Assembly: GCA_951406725.2 (NCBI GenBank)
Contig: OX597835.1
Span: 310,001 to 374,000, forward strand
Reading direction: 5' to 3'
From: Octopus vulgaris
Taxonomy: Eukaryota
Length of the DNA stretch: 64,000 nt
A program made the position numbers and the translations under genes. Under the pieces are notes generated by a model, which saw only the letters and a program-made list of their open reading frames with translations, had not been told where the DNA came from and did not search any database. Numbering within the stretch: the first letter of the stretch is position 1; the number at the start of each line of letters is the position of its first letter. Of the stretch, positions 26,811-41,910 are shown in pieces.

Positions 26811-28600
26811 TCACACAACTGCAGCAAAAGCATCATGCTTCAAGAGAGTTTGATCTGCACCAGTATCTCTAAAAAGTGTAACAGACTTAGGGGTAGACGA
26901 ACTGTCAGAAATAGCATCATTACTAGAACTATCCACAACTGGAATCAGAACTAAATATGCATCAGCAGCATCAGAAACACCCACATCTGGGTCCAACTTA
27001 ATCTTAGACAAAACCCCTGTGTCCGAAAAACACAGAACACCTGATGGCACAGCTACCTTTACAGAACCCACAACATTTGACAAATCACAACCCTTAAAAG
27101 CTGCTTCGGGAACAGCTCGATCCCTGGACTGACCTGCTTCAGCTGCCTCCTCCTCCTTAGCCTTTAACTTTCAACAATCAGCAATTAAGTGTCCGGGAGT
27201 TTACAGTAATGGCAGGATTTAGAAGAAGCACTATACCGAGCCTTCTGCTGCTTCTGACCTACTTCTGTTTTCTGAGTAACACCATCTGACTTGATAAACT
27301 GTTTGTTTTTATTTTCATTCTTTGGTTGACGCTTGCCGTCAATCAATGCATCCTCATCGGCAAGTTTTGCTGTTTCAGCTAAAGTATTAACCTGCCTTTC
27401 AGCTACAAAAACTCTCACTTCATAGGGAGACATTCAGGATCTCTTCTATCAACATCAACTCTTCCAACTAACCGAAAGTATCAACTTTTTTAGACCTCAG
27501 CCACTTACCCCACATGACTATTTTTTCGTAGCGAATTCTATGTAAGAGTCAGAAGAATTTTTCCAAGCTTGCCTAAACTTTTGCCGTTACACTTCAGCTA
27601 CTTAATAATAATAATGAACTTATTGTATACAGTGCTCAGGTGCACCACAACTTGTCAAAAGTGCGTATAAAGCATCTGCAGTAATGTACAAATGTCTGGA
27701 AAACGAACAGTGTATGAGTCAGATACAAGCTTGCGTGTGTATGGAGGGGAGAAAATCAAGTGTAGTGTTGGCGAATCTCAGGAAGCATGGAAGTTTTGAA
27801 GGATGCAGTGCTCCAACAAATAACAACTGATGCCGGCAGTTTGTTCCATACTTCAGCAACTCTTAGCGTGAAAAAATGTTTCCGAAAGTCATGGGAGCTG
27901 TGCTGTTTTCTGACTTTGTAAACATGTCCACGGGTGTTAGATGGGTGGAGTTTGAAAAGGTGCTCAGACTTCTTGTTAGTAAGATGGTTAATGACAATCT
28001 AATATCTAAGTCATAATCTGTGCAAGAAGCTACACTCATAGCATAGTAGACCTCTAAACATTTCCCAGTAAGTTTTAAGCCATTTCAATAACATGGCTGT
28101 TTTCTCAAAAGCTAAGAAATAATTATACAAATCACTATCCTGGAATCTAAGATCGAATTTACTAGCACTAGCAATGTTAAAGCGTTTAGATGGAGAAGTA
28201 ACATCAGCCTCCTCAGACTCAGAATTAATTTGATTCGCTTTTAATATTATTTCTAACACTTGAAGTTCATGCGCACCTGCTTCTCTCTACCGGTGGCACG
28301 TTTTTCTCGTTCTAAACTAATTTGCAGTCTTAACTTTCCCAAGTTCATAAGCCATCATTCTTTCACTAATTGAGGGGCGGCTGAATCAGGGTTTGCCTCA
28401 TCACCGACGGCAGACATTTTACCCTCAACAATTTGGGCGGGTTTCAGTTGCGAAAAGATGACTTGCAGATACCAAGTTTAGCACCCACCTCTAAAAGCGC
28501 ATCTTGGTTTAACTGCTGCAGTTCCTTCAAAGTGATGGAATCTTTCTGCATCAACGCTTCTGTCACGGTGCACGCCTGGACCACCGTAGTTAACAATATG
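26811..28600 (-). mobile_element. Degenerate Gypsy (Gmr1-like) LTR retrotransposon gag-protease remnant
   Basis: YFLAFEKTAMLLKW (gag), CHYCKLP zinc-knuckle remnant, LFRDTGADQTLL aspartic protease motif; many stops and frameshifts. Confidence 0.75.
27603..27990 (-). mobile_element. 3' end of a CR1-type LINE with (TTA)n tail, nested in the Gypsy remnant
   Basis: Translates to RKHFFTLRVAEVWNKLPASVV...SFKT, a CR1 C-terminal pattern, followed by a short UTR and microsatellite tail. Confidence 0.8.
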
Positions 28601-28877
28601 GTAAGACACCAGTTAAAACAGGTTTACAAATAATATCACAACGGTAATATTTGACAAAAGGCTCCTTAACAATTTACAAAATTTTTTGGGGGCCATAACC
28701 CGAATTTACAGAATCAACGAGGAAATGGGTGAACCCAAAACAACACACAATGAGGTTTTTTGTAAAATATTATTAACAATAGTCAGCATTAAAAACAGCT
28801 TACATACAAAACAAATATATACACGAACAAAAAGCAAATGCCACAACAGACATGCAGTCAAAATATTTACAAAGGTA

Positions 28878-28914
<37 letters not shown>

Positions 28915-30049
28915 CATACATACAGTTCAGAAATACGAACTCTAAATCCCGGTTTTTGCTTTCACCAAAATTGGCCTCACATATTTGGTTTTTCAAAAAT
29001 ATGCATTCCAAAAACTTGGATTTCATAAAATCTGGATTTCCATTTTAGTACAAATTCGGTTTTCGAACCTTGGACCTTCTTAAGATAAATCTTATGTCAA
29101 AGCAAGCATTTAAACTAAAAGTTCATGACACAAAACGACTGCCAGACTTCATCAATAATTATAGTTAAAAACTTAAATGGTCAAACAAAAAGCTAGTTTG
29201 CTTTAAATTCACACAAAACTGCTTCATGCAAACATGCTGAGTAAACCATTAGACAAAATTTACAGTTGTCTATAACAAAAAATTGGCTACACGAAAAAAT
29301 TAAATTCATACCCTTTCGCTGTTTATACAAATTTTAACATTTATCGTAACAGAAACTAGCAAAATTATTACACAACCTTTCCACAAATGCAGGGTTCAAA
29401 ATTCAAATCAATATTACAACATAACTTTTTTGTACTCACCCAGATGTGACACAGAAATTATTTTAACTCTGACAAAAGTTCTGGCGAATTCCTGGAGCAT
29501 AAAATAAATCCATAAATGCCTAAAACAAAGCACAGAGTGCATAATAAACTAAACGGGTAATTACAGCTTCCAGAATCCAATTGAACAACTTTGTCTCACA
29601 AAAAAAAAAAAACTGGGGTATACCATTATCTCTGCCTATAAAGGTTTGCCAAGGTCTGGCCAATTTGTTAGTTTCACAGTTTTGGCTAATAACACCTAGC
29701 CTCCCCCATTTAGACAATGGACTTCGTCCTGACCTTACAGTGCAGCACGAAAAACTGTGCACCAGTTTAACATAATAATTTACAATTTCCTAACAATGGT
29801 TAATATAAGTGATGGCTATTTCGTCTGCTGTTACGTTGTGAGTTCAAATTCCGCCGAGGTCAACTTTGCCTTTCATCCTTTCGGGGTCGGTAAATTAAGT
29901 ACCAGTTACGCATTGGGGTCAATGTAATCGACTTAATACCTATGTCTGTCCTTGTTTGTCCCTGCTATGTTTAGCCCCTTGTGGGTAATAAAGAAATAGG
30001 TTAATATAGGTGATGGCTAGTAGGCGCAAGAAACTGGATCCCATGAGGA

Positions 30050-31040
30050 GACCTGTTGTCTGTTTGTATGTGATCATGGAAAGAGAAGTAGGTGTTGTCC
30101 ACGATGTTGGAGATAAACTATTTCAGTCTGGATAGTTTGTGGTTGAGTTCTCGGTTGGTTGGTTGGGGGGGGGGTCTAGTTGGTACGTGGGAAATTTGCC
30201 AAGTGTGTTGTTCTTCGTCTTCCTTACCGATGGCCATTTGAGTTGGTAGGCTGTTCGACAAAAGTTGGCTTCCAGGTCAAGTAAGATTTTCTAGTTCGGC
30301 TGTTGGCTCAAGATAAATTTAGAGCCCAGTCTGAGAAGTTCTAGTGCTTCATGGGAGAGTGACCCACTCAAGTCTGTGACTAGGGGTTTCATTGTTGATG
30401 GTGTGCTGGCGTCCTCCTCGATGTCGATGTTATCTGGTTCGGTGGACGTGTCCTGTTCATCTGTGTCGGCCGAGTTGTACCAAGTACAAAGCCACAGGAA
30501 TTTAAGTTTGAGCCGTTGCTTCTCTTGGTCAACGCAGTGCTGGTAACATCGGTCAACAGCTGCGGTTGTTCTTCGGTGTGTAGGTTCAGTGGTTGAATTG
30601 ATATTATTTCAGAGAATTTGTGTATGTGTTCATGTAGTTGGTGGTGTAGATAGCGTATGATTTTTCTGATGACGAACGTATTATTGTATTTCAGTGATTG
30701 TCGAAGGGTAAGGCTGCAGAAGCACGTTTGTCGATGTATAATCCTGACGGTGTTGGGAATTATGTTGTTGTTTTAGGCAGCGTTTAAGAAAGTTTATTTG
30801 GCATCCGATTTTAGCGCTTCTCCGATAGCTTCATTAACTCCCCAGCGGTTGCGAACTCGGCCTGGCCCAGGCGCAGAGATAGGAGAGTATTGTAGTTCGC
30901 TTGCATCATTGTAAAATATAAAATGTCTTGAATGGCACAACAATGCACTATAATAACTGTTATAACTTTATTAGCCATAGTCTGATAAATTAATAAAATT
31001 CCTTCTTCAGATATCGCTAGGAATTGTTCGGATCACTGCT
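30050..31040 (-). mobile_element. Penelope-like element 5' remnant
   Basis: Minus-strand AKIGCQINFLKRCL and VTDLSGSLSHEALELLRLGSKFI resemble conserved PLE N-terminal motifs; CTGAAGA hammerhead-core heptamer upstream at 31010-31004. Confidence 0.65.
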
Positions 31041-31959
31041 ATAATCAGTATGTATGTATGTGTGTGTGTATATGTATGCATGAGAAATAAAGAAATAATA
31101 TGTATGCATGAGACCACCCCGCTTTGGTCATGACTGACTGTAGGATTGCACCTAGAAAGTTACCCTCCCAGGCACAAGTCCGAGCAAGGTTGTTTACGGA
31201 AGACCAGCATTTTTTTTTATTAGTTTGATCTGGAGAACCAAGATGATTCTATGGTCCTTCCAGGCCCCCTGAGAAGAGTGACATTGATGCAGTTAATGTT
31301 TGTTCTTCTTTAAGAGATGCTTCAGGAAAAATATGCAGAGAAGATTTCTAGAGAACCAATGTTCTGTGGAGGAAGAACTAGGAATATTAGATAGTGCAGG
31401 GCAAGGTGGAGTAATGGATTCTCATTGTAACAATTGTTTGTACAGCTACCAGCTTTTCCCACTGCTAACCATTCGACTCTGGTTAATAGAATCATTTTTT
31501 GTTTGTCAAGCAAAATGGTGGGTGGAAAGTTATGTGCCCATGATCAAGGGTTGTAACTCTCTAGACGTGCTAAGCAGGCACCAAAATAGGACAACCAGAA
31601 CATTTCATGAAATATTTCAGTTTTAGACACTTTCCACAGATTAACTTTTTATGAATCCTTTTACGACTTACTATTTATTTTTCTCATATAATTATAGAAT
31701 GACAATAAAAATTATGTACTAATGGGAAAGACAACAACGGAACCATTACATGATCACTCAACTTGCCAGAGATAGCAGCCAAATCTCCCATAAATTACAC
31801 TGTTAAATAAGAAAGTACATATTCAACAATATAACCTTAGCTTTTATGAAAAGCTGAGATGATGTTGGCTAGAATGTCTCTGGTTGTGCGTCTGTTTAAA
31901 TACAACTAGATGGCTATTCAATTCTATATTGTCATACTTTTTAATTTGTGTGTGTGTGT

Positions 31960-32945
31960 ATGGTCGTGCAGATAATTTTTATGATGCATAAAACTGATTA
32001 TAAATAGATATAATTTTAATGTAACATTTATTACAACAAAAACATCACTCATGACCACCCTTTTGGGCAATCATTGCCTCCACACAAGAACGAAATTCTT
32101 CTGCAGCTGCCACAACCTCTGCCTTTTTTATTTTGCATATCACACGCATGATGCAGGTCTTCAAACTGCTGACACATGATTGTGGAGAAGCATTGGTCCT
32201 TGCTTGAAGTACGCCCCATAAAAAGTGATCAAGAAGATTGAGAGCTGGGCTATTACTGAGCCAGATGTTGGCCCTCACAAAAAATGGCACCTTCTCATCA
32301 TAAAAGGCTCATGTTGCTTTTGACCCATGGCATGGTGCAGAATCCTGGATAAACACCACATTGTTGAGCCCAAACTTCTGTTCCATCTAAGGTAACAGAG
32401 AGTTCTTCAGGATGTCCAGATCCTCCTTTATGCTGATCTTCAAGCCAGACTCAATGAAGTGTGGACCCATGACACTTCCATCACTGGCTACGGCTCTAAA
32501 TACCATCACAGAGGCAGGATTCTTAGTCTCAAAAACAGGTGGGGACATCAGAAGGGTTGTATGCAATCACTTGAGAATTTCTGTGATTCACCTCAGCGTC
32601 CACAAACATGAGAGTTTTTCCTGCACCTTGATGAATGACAGAAGCTTTGGGCATCTCTCGGCTCTGGCCTTGGCTGTTGGTAGGTGACGGTATTGTCAAA
32701 CACAGTTAGTCATGCCAAGGTTCCTGTTCACAGCTCTGGACACCACAGAAAAGGACACATTGTATTTCTTTGTAAGAGTTGTCATGGATGGGTTGGCTTC
32801 AATTGGGTGCTTGAGGCCAGCAAGACACTTTGGATTGTACTTGGAATCACTTTGAGTCTTGTGTTCTTTTCTATTGATCTATCCCTCTTCTTTAAATTGT
32901 TTATACACAATGATAAACTGTTGATTTTGGAAGTTTCGTCAACTT
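31960..32945 (-). mobile_element. Degenerate Tc1/mariner-superfamily transposase remnant
   Basis: VFIQDSAPCHG, WLSNSPALNLLDHFLWG, FRSCVEAMIAQKGGH. Confidence 0.8.
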
Positions 32946-34406
32946 AACCACTGCTGAGTGCCACATCAGTTTCTGTCTACCAAATCCACTCACAAAGCTT
33001 TGGCCAACCCAAGATTACAATAGAAGACACTTGGCCTATGTGCCACACAGTGGGACTGAACCTGGAATCATAAGGATGGGAAGAAAGCTTCTTACCACAC
33101 AGCCACGCCTGTATTCATATGTTAAATTATATTCCAAACGCCAGCTCAACGATGAGTTATTTTACTAAATTTGGCTATTACCTTTTGCCTATACTGACAC
33201 ACAAAATGATGGTAAGCTTGTCACCTAATTATATGATCTAAATCCAGCCCTTTCCATTGTTACAGTCTCTTTCTTTATTACATCATTTGATCACTTCTTA
33301 ATCAAGATGAAACTCTGATTCTCATTAACAAATATGTTTAACATCTGATGTAGCTAAGCAGCTGATAAATATTGTCCTCCTAGGTGTGTGTCTCACTGAA
33401 TTCGAGCTCCTCCTCTCATTGTCTCCTGTTTACCCACAAACAATACTTGAAAGACAACCCATTTGTCCACTGCATTGTCTGCAACATCCTCTGCATCCAG
33501 TTTTAGTTCCATGCCATGCAGAATCCTCCTCAACAAAGATGACTGTAAAAAAAGCATTCATGCAGATAAAAATATGACAACAACTCTAATATTTCTTCTT
33601 GCAAAAGGCCTGGTTGGAGGCGTAACCTTCCAAGTTCTTTTACAGGGCTTAGAAAAACTGAAGGACCCCCTGCATTAAGTGTGTGAATCTGAGAAGGGAA
33701 TATGTTGAATAAAATTATAATTAACTGATCTGAAATCCTAAAGCTTCTCAGCACCCCTCATAGTCTCAATAAATACATATACCAAGGAAACATTCTTTCC
33801 TTCCTAAACATTAACACACAGCTAAAACAAATCATTGCTGCTACAAATACTTAGTCATCAATCTCTGATGGTCTTTCACATGCATCCCACATGGTTTGTG
33901 TTGGTATTGCAGTCTGGCAAGATACACCACATCTACAATACCTGTATATCTCATGTCCTGCATCCTCAATATACACATTAAATTCATTTTGATCAAAACT
34001 ATACATCACCTACATTCATCTGGAAGGACCTAGCAAACCTATTATTTATTCCGCTTCTTTAAAAGTAGCTTAAATACTAGCTTAAAAGCCACATTCCATG
34101 TGGACTTTTAAGCTAGCTCCTGTAGAAGGCTAACTGGACCTGTGGCCCAAAACTAATGAGAGCAATAATAATAAAGAACTTATTGGTACCCTACCAATAT
34201 GGTATTACTTTAAACTCAGTTTAAATGAAAAATTTATCAGTTCACAAAGTTTGGGAATTCTTTAAAAATTTTAATGCTGGATGTTCAAGAACAAAATGAA
34301 GAGCAGATTTTCAACCCCGGGGTCATCCTGATTCCAAAAATATGTCTATGCAGAGCAAATGTAGACTGAGATAAAGGGGGCCCGGACGGACAGGTAGAAT
34401 TTTGCA

Positions 34407-36201
34407 TTTATTATTATAGAAATACATGGATGCATATATCACATTTGAAATTACCATTTGTTGTCATAATTATTTATAAAAAGATCAAAGAAAGATCAAG
34501 ACAGCAAAACACTGAAGACAATCGAGTTTAATAAATCACACTTTATGTACACAACAACATAAAGGAAGCAGTTTGAACTAGTAACCTTCTTCACTGCCCT
34601 AAACTATTAATAATAATTAGCAATGGTTTGGAAGTTCATGTAGAAAGATGACGGTGGCCAGTGTTTTGTATTCCTAGTTCTGTCTTCTTTTATTCTTGGC
34701 AAGACTTGAGACAATAAGGTTTATATATAATCATTTCTTACATTATTTGCTTAAAAGGTTGTATGGCTTAGAGTTAAGAGCCTTGCTCAAGGGCCAACAG
34801 CACAGTGACTGGAGTCCAACATGTAAAGAGTGAAAGATGTTTGATATATCTCAGCCATAAGCTACTATCACATAAATAACAAACAAAACACTTGAGATCT
34901 TGGCTCAGTGATTTTTATACAGAAATTAGCCTTGTCAATGTATTTAATATTCAATGGAGTGGGTCAGAAAGGTTGTTTTTTTCTTTCTTGCATTAAATAA
35001 AACCTTATTGCTCAAAAACAGGCAGTCTTGTGCCAAGGTCTTTTTTTTCCCCTTGTTTCCTAGACAAAAGAGCAAATCCTGTCTTATTGATAATTTCCTA
35101 TAAACCTACAATATAGAAAGCTAGCCCCTGAACTTTCAGCTAAATCCTGCCTAGAAGGGGGTGGGGGTGGAATACATTATTATGTAAGCAAAGGAAACTA
35201 GTACATACTGCTAAATTAAGATTATCACTTTTAACATTAAGAAAAACATTCAGAGAGAAAACATAGTGCAAGCCTTAACAAAATGGAGTGATTGACAATT
35301 ACAAGTTAAAGAAAAAAACCCAAAATTGCAGAATAATTGAAATGTTTACCAAACAATAAATTTACAGCAAGCAAGTTTTACACAAGCAGTTGCAATGTGT
35401 CAGTGACCAGGTTATAAAAAAAAAAGAGAGAGAAAAAAAGAAGAAGAAACAAAAAAACGTTTTTTTGTTAGTTAATAAATTGACTAATTAATGCTATTTA
35501 AATTTTTACTGGTCTGCAAACCACAGACAAAGGAATAGATAAAAGGGAGAAGTAGGAAATAAAAAAAGAATGGGGGGGGGACTAAAATTTGGGCCCCAGC
35601 TTTATGATACGTCTTTAACTAAACAGAATAAAAAATGAAACTGAAAAAGAGAAAAAAGACCCAAAACTGAACAATGAAAGGATAAAGCTACAGGTAATAG
35701 CTACAGGTGAAAAATTAACTAATTACTCTTGAAATAAAGAAATGGAACATAAATATTAAAAAAAAAATATATATAAACTATTCCATGGTGAATGGTGTCC
35801 CCGTTCCCTTATGCAGTGTTTGCAGAATATATTTAAAAAATACACAAAGGGCAAGAAGCAATTACGCATGATCAATGAACGGTGTAACAGCAGTGAAAGC
35901 TGTGCTCAAGAACTGGTCCCCCAATCATATTACCAGCATAGGGGAGTGTGTAGGGATTTTAGGGATCATGGGATTAGTCTCTGCAAGAAGAACAATGTCA
36001 AGACGGACCTCATTGAGTGGGGTGGGGTCGGGAAGGGTAGCGGAAGAGTTCAATTTCTTTTTATATATATTTCTGTTTAGTTTGTTTACACTGTTTTAAT
36101 CTAATACTGGTATTCAGCCCCCGTTTTTTCTTTTTTGTTTGTTAGTTGTTGTTTTTTTTTTCATTTTGTTTAGTTTACTGGTGAAGAGACGAACAACTCG
36201 A
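34407..36201 (-). other. TOLLIP: Probable Tollip 3' UTR with candidate poly(A) signals (AATAAA at 34412-34407, ATTAAA near 34530)
   Basis: Largely repeat-free, U-rich sequence downstream of the stop codon; hexamers present on the minus strand; true 3' end not determinable. Confidence 0.5.
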
Positions 36202-36407
36202 TTATTGTTCGGAACTCATTGAGAGCAGTGAATTAATGACCGCATTTTTGTTGCCTCGTTGCGCAATGAAAACTGACTGAATGACATTGGTTTCAATTCC
36301 TGGGAACATATCCTTCATTTGTTGAACATCAGATTCTGTGTATGCTGGAGCTTGTTGTACAGGGGCTGGAGGCAGCTGGGTAGTTTGATACACTGGAGTG
36401 CCACCAA
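36202..36407 (-). CDS. TOLLIP: Tollip last coding exon (CUE ubiquitin-binding domain), ends at TAA
   Basis: (V)GGTPVYQ...YTESDVQQMKDMFPGIETNVIQSVFIAQRGNKNAVINSLLSMSSEQ*, with the CUE MFP and LL motifs; acceptor ctctgttgcag|. Confidence 0.95.
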
Positions 36408-39400
36408 CTGCAACAGAGACAGGAAAAATTAGTAAAACAACCAATTACCTACAAATTAATTAAAAAATAAAAAAAAACCCCAAAAAAACGCTATCAGACA
36501 CTCACTGTGTACCAAGAAATAAGGAAGAGGGTATGTGTGTGTGTGTGCACACTCAAGAATGGACAGGCCTGATTATCAAAATCCAACTTCTAATCAGTAC
36601 AGATGCAGATAGATATCCAGACATCATGGCTCGTGTGTACTGATGTCACCTTATATGGTTTTCTTACATTTAATCACATAACATGTACAATAATATCTAT
36701 AATTTTACAGGATGCACTGAAACAGCTGTAAAGATTCATTTCTTGTAAATATTATGTAACAACTTAAGGCAGTGAGCAAGCAGAATCCTTAGCACACCAG
36801 GTAAAATGCTTAGCAGCATTTTGTCCAAATACTAGTAACAATTGACTTAACCTTACCCCCAAATTGCTGGCCTGGTACCAAAATTTGAAACCAATTTTCT
36901 AACAACTTATGTAAATATATTTGTATACCAATAATTGTCCAAATGTATAGATAACTAGATAGATCAGAATCTTCCCTAACTGCTTTGTTTTCTGCTGAAT
37001 ATCCCTTTCACTTCCACTTTCCCCCAATACATCTGCTCAATCTACCAATAGCAGCTCCCACTATTTCCACCTCTATATACCACTGACCTCCTCCCAGGCA
37101 CAGTGCATCTCTTGCACACTGTCTACACTCCACATCACCTGTACAGCCTCCTATTGCCTCCACCTGCATTTAACTGCATTTACCTCTACCTCCATCTCTA
37201 TCCATCTCTTGAGAACTTCCCTGCCCCTTCACCCTGTCCAATCCTCTGGACCACTAATGTTCACCTTCCTGTAACTTGAGAGTATGCCCTGATACCTCGT
37301 CACCATCTCTCCTTTTCAAGCTGGGGTAGTCACAACGCAAGACATCTATTTGTGTCCCTCTAACATATGTTAACATCTCATCACCGGGCATAAAACCACC
37401 TTCCTCGGCTGCTAACCTCACAAGTGATAGAGTCATGTAAAAAGGCACCCACTAAGTGGTTGATGATAGGAAGAGTATCCAGCAATAGAAACCATGCTAC
37501 AGTAGACAATGGTGCTTGACGTCGCCCTCTGACTTGTCAGATCCTGCAAAATTGTCTGACCCATGCCAGCATGAAAAACAGGTGTTGAACGAGAGAGAGA
37601 TGACTGTAAATACTAACTTTTCTGATGGAAAATGTACGATCCAATATAAGCTGCAGGTTTGTGCCTTCCGAGTAAGAGGAAGACAGAAAGAGAGTAGAGA
37701 AAGAAGGTGAAGAACATGAAACATTCATATCCTTCTGCTAAATATTTGTTCCGGGCTATTCTTGATGGTGTATACAATAAGGAAGGAAAGAACAGAAACC
37801 AATAACACTGATCAATAGGATACAGCGACTGAAATCTATACACAGGATCTGTGGCTGGAGTAAGGTGCAGGCCAGAAGGTATTACAGTAGTGAAAGAGTA
37901 CCTTTAGGGAGAACACTAAAAGTTAAAAGATAGGCATGGAAGAACTGGAAAGGAACATCAAAGAACACCGGGAAGCTAGCTGGCTATCAGAAAGCAGAAA
38001 TTTTGTTAGTGTTCTGCAATAAGTGGATCAGAAGTTCTGGATTACAAAGCAAGAGTCTTGCAGGTGAATCAAAACGTCAATGGGGAAAAGTGTGCTCAGA
38101 ATGACAGTGGTGTACTTACCTTCATTGGCAATAAGAAGAGACAAGACAGAGAAATATGTGCGAGACGAAGAGGAGTTACTCCAAATATACACAAAAGAGT
38201 AACCACTTATTCAAGTGGACAGTTATATATGGATATAGTTGAAATGGCCATTAAGCATCTAAAGTTGGGGAAAGTGACAGATGAATCAAGCATAGTTGCT
38301 ATGATGTAAGGGGTTAGGCTAGCCACCCACATAATCAGTCAGGTAATACCCAGGCTGGTGGGGCAGTATAATTGTAGAATGCTGTAAGGGTGTTAACAAA
38401 TTTATTTCTACAGTAACAACAACAATTCATTCTATTATATTAAAAAATACAAGCTCATTCAATGAAAACTCCACCCTTTTCCCTCAGTCAAAACTATCAA
38501 AGACATCTAATTTTATCATAAACAAATGCCCAAAACCTAGAAGTTAGATAAGAAGGTTGTCAAAGACAACACACATAAAGTCAGACTGCCCCCCCCCCCC
38601 CCCATTCTGTCTCTGTCATTTTCTTTGTTGTCTACTTCAGTACAAGATTTAATGTCTAAATATTATGACATGTTCTCCGGCTGCAAAACCCAAGTATTGC
38701 TACCTGAAACACAGAGGAGAGAAAGATAAACAAATACAGGAGCCTGACCAGCCATTATCAGTTGGTGTCAAGACCTCAGGTGTTCTTGGGCCCCCCCCCA
38801 CCCGCATTGCTGATTTCCTGTGGCCTGTGAGGTGGGGTGGCTGCTGCAGTGCCTGGCCATCATGGCTGCAATGAGGCACAGCTAAACACCCCAATTTGTT
38901 CTGAGCTGTAAAACCCATTACTCCCTCTCCCCACCATCTTCAGTTGCTTAATTCCCCACTTCTTTTTCTTTGTTTCCTTGGTGACGTACTTATTCTTTTA
39001 TACTTTTACACGTTTCAGGTGATGAAAGGTTATGGTGAGATAGAAACAAATGTCTTGCTAGAGCGGAGGTACGTGATTGCCTAATTGTTATAATAGAAGA
39101 CACCTCCCAAGATGCCATGTAGTGGGACTGAACTCGGAACTATGTGGTTGGGGAGCAAATTTCTTACCATACAGCCACACTTGCACGTATGTGTTTATTT
39201 TTGAGTTACAATTACTACAAATTCTAATACAAAGCTCTCCAAAATCTCAAAAGTTTCTCTGCTATAATATACTGAGTAATATGTGGCTGTTTAACAGCAT
39301 GTAATTAATTTTCTAATGAAATAACAGATCATTATTTAATGAGCGCCAAGAGGGCAAAACTGATGCCCAAAACAGGACTAACTTCTTAAGCTCCAATATC

Positions 39401-41357
39401 TAAAGTGCAACTTATGTCCTTAATTTTAGCACTTGAATGAATACATCAGCCTATCAAGGGGTATATCATTATCTCCTAACTAAAACTGATAGTACATTTG
39501 AAATCAGTACCCGGAATATAGTTAACTTTCACATTTTTTCATTTTTTTTTTTCTGGCAGTGTTATCTCCCTACAGATTCAAAATAGTGTTGTGATGGTGA
39601 GAATTTAGATGTTTAATCAACTGAAACACCTACCCTCATAAGTAAGAACTGGCACGATACAGTGCATGACAAGGCTGTACCGTTTTAATTACAGATACAA
39701 TTCTCCCAACCAGTTTCTGCATAGTTTCTATCAAACTAGTCTTACTAACAATGGATGGGTCAATCCAAGGCTGAAGAAAATGACAATTTGCCTAAGATAT
39801 CATGCCTCCCAAACCATTTGCTTCTAATATGGTTAGATTTACTTATCCATCTGGCTGGTTTATGTTATGATCCAAGGTGGAGCACACAACATGTTCACTC
39901 AAACTGCTAAAAAATAACAGCTAAATCTCTCTCAAATAACATCTCCTGTCTTACAAACAAGGAAGAACATAGTTGTATAATGTGGACCTATACCTGACGG
40001 AAAAACAAGATGTTGAACAAGAGAAGGTATTTGATAGTAGGTCTGCTCGATCAGAGAGGTTGACCTAGGCTTTAAACAACAAAAACAAGTCAATCTTTTC
40101 TTGAGAGAGGTGGTGCCATGACTACGACCTTGTATGAATGTTTTCCTGCCTGGAACATGAAATAAAAACAGAAGCAAACTGAGGGTTAGTCCAGAGACAT
40201 ATTCGTTGCCACACACTCACAGAACTGAAGTGAGTGACACACATGGTCAGTGAAGCAGACATGGCACTGTGTTTAAGATTAGAATGAGCTTATTTTATGC
40301 AGTGTTCAAGTCCACTACAACTATTCCTGCTCTAGTGGGAACACTGTATGAAAAGGTTAACAGAAATAAGGGCAGTGATATGGTAACAAAATATATGGTA
40401 CAGAGATATGATAACAAATGGGTTTTATGGTCATGTGCTACACATATTGGTTTGTTAGTCTTTCAACCCTGCTCATGGTTAGGAAACTACTAACCAATCA
40501 CATATTTTGAAATTAATATGGGTGAAGACTTATGACAATGTTAGAAATAAGGGCACTTTTATGCAGTTGCTTAACCTATCCTGCTAGAAATATCTGCCAA
40601 ATCTCTCTCAAAATCAACATACCATCTTCAAAAAGGGAATACTATAGGATGGTCAGAGTTGGAATACTTCCTGTCATAAATAGGCCTGCTCAAGCGAGGG
40701 CAACTGTGGGCTAAATAATAAAGAGAACATTAAACTGAGAAATTTGGTTTCTCTAATGCCAAAGAGAATCTCTTCTGGCATCTAGAATTGGTGATAAGTA
40801 GAAAAAGAGGGACTCTATAAATCTTTGCTCGTATCATTAGTATCAGTGCAAAGGTGTAAACGAAGTTAATGAAATTTGAATAAGTCACACACAAGACACA
40901 GAACAAGAAATTTTGATCCTCACAGAACTTATTTACAATATGAAGGATATTTAGTTTGTGGAACAGACAGAAAGTAAAACAGAGTGAGAGAGAAGGTACC
41001 TTGAAAAATAGAGGAGAGGAGAGTAAGAATGAATATGGACAATGGGGAAAGGTGGCAATGGAGAGAGTGAGAAAGAAAGACAAGAAAATGGAAGAGTGCA
41101 AAGGGGAAAAGCAGGAGTTAGTGATGGAAAGAGGTGAAGGGGTGGATGAGAGGAAAGGAGAAAGAAGCAGAAGCAAGATGGAGATAAAAGGAAGAACTAA
41201 ACTTGAAAAACTACTGCTAGAGTACTAGGGCTTAAATTGTAGAAGAATTGTGTAGGTTAGTGTTTCAAGAGACAAAATGGTAAAATAGAAGAACAGTTCA
41301 AGAGCAACAATTGCAGGAAAACTAATGAATAGACTCTGCTATTCCTTCTGTACTTAC

Positions 41358-41463
41358 CTACAGGCTGCATGGGAGCGTAAAACATTCCAGGGCTGACAAC
41401 TTGTGGGATTACCATAGTTTGTTGGGGACAAATAAAGCTTCCCATTGTAAGGTTTTGGACAGG
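41358..41463 (-). CDS. TOLLIP: Tollip coding exon E (Pro/Gln-rich linker), 106 nt, phase 0/1
   Basis: PVQNLTMGSFICPQQTMVIPQVVSPGMFYAPMQPV plus G; acceptor ttccattcacag|, donor |gtaagt; phases fit the flanking exons. Confidence 0.88.
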
Positions 41464-41878
41464 CTGTGAATGGAAGAAGAAATTCAAAGAGATTTATTAT
41501 TCACACATAGTTACTGTCTGTGTCAAGGAGGAGGAAGAGTATAATTTTTTTATATTCTTTCATAGGAGTTGATGCAACAACGTATTGATGGAACGACTGA
41601 TTTTATTCTACCGTCTTTCATCATTTATATTTCCATCTAAACATACACACATATATACATCTTCAGTGGACCACATTCTAAAGGATAGAGCAGCAATGTA
41701 TTTACAAGCAGTTAAATATACGTCCAGTCAGAGTGATCAATCGTCTCACATCCCTAAAACGCTTAGTTTTATAGACAATTTGCCAGACTCTAATGCAGTC
41801 TCTCTGGAGGCTTTATGGATGTGAAACCATTGGTCATTCTACGACTGGACATATATTTAACTGCAACATATATATATC

Positions 41879-41909
<31 letters not shown>

Positions 41910-41910
<1 letters not shown>

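Noticed and set aside
28684-28705. tRNA-Pro-like primer-binding site (tgggggcc)
   Set aside because: Short match, on the opposite strand to the Gypsy ORF remnants, with no adjacent LTR identified
33380-34000. Short ORFs downstream of Tollip
   Set aside because: No recognisable motifs or consistent splice signals
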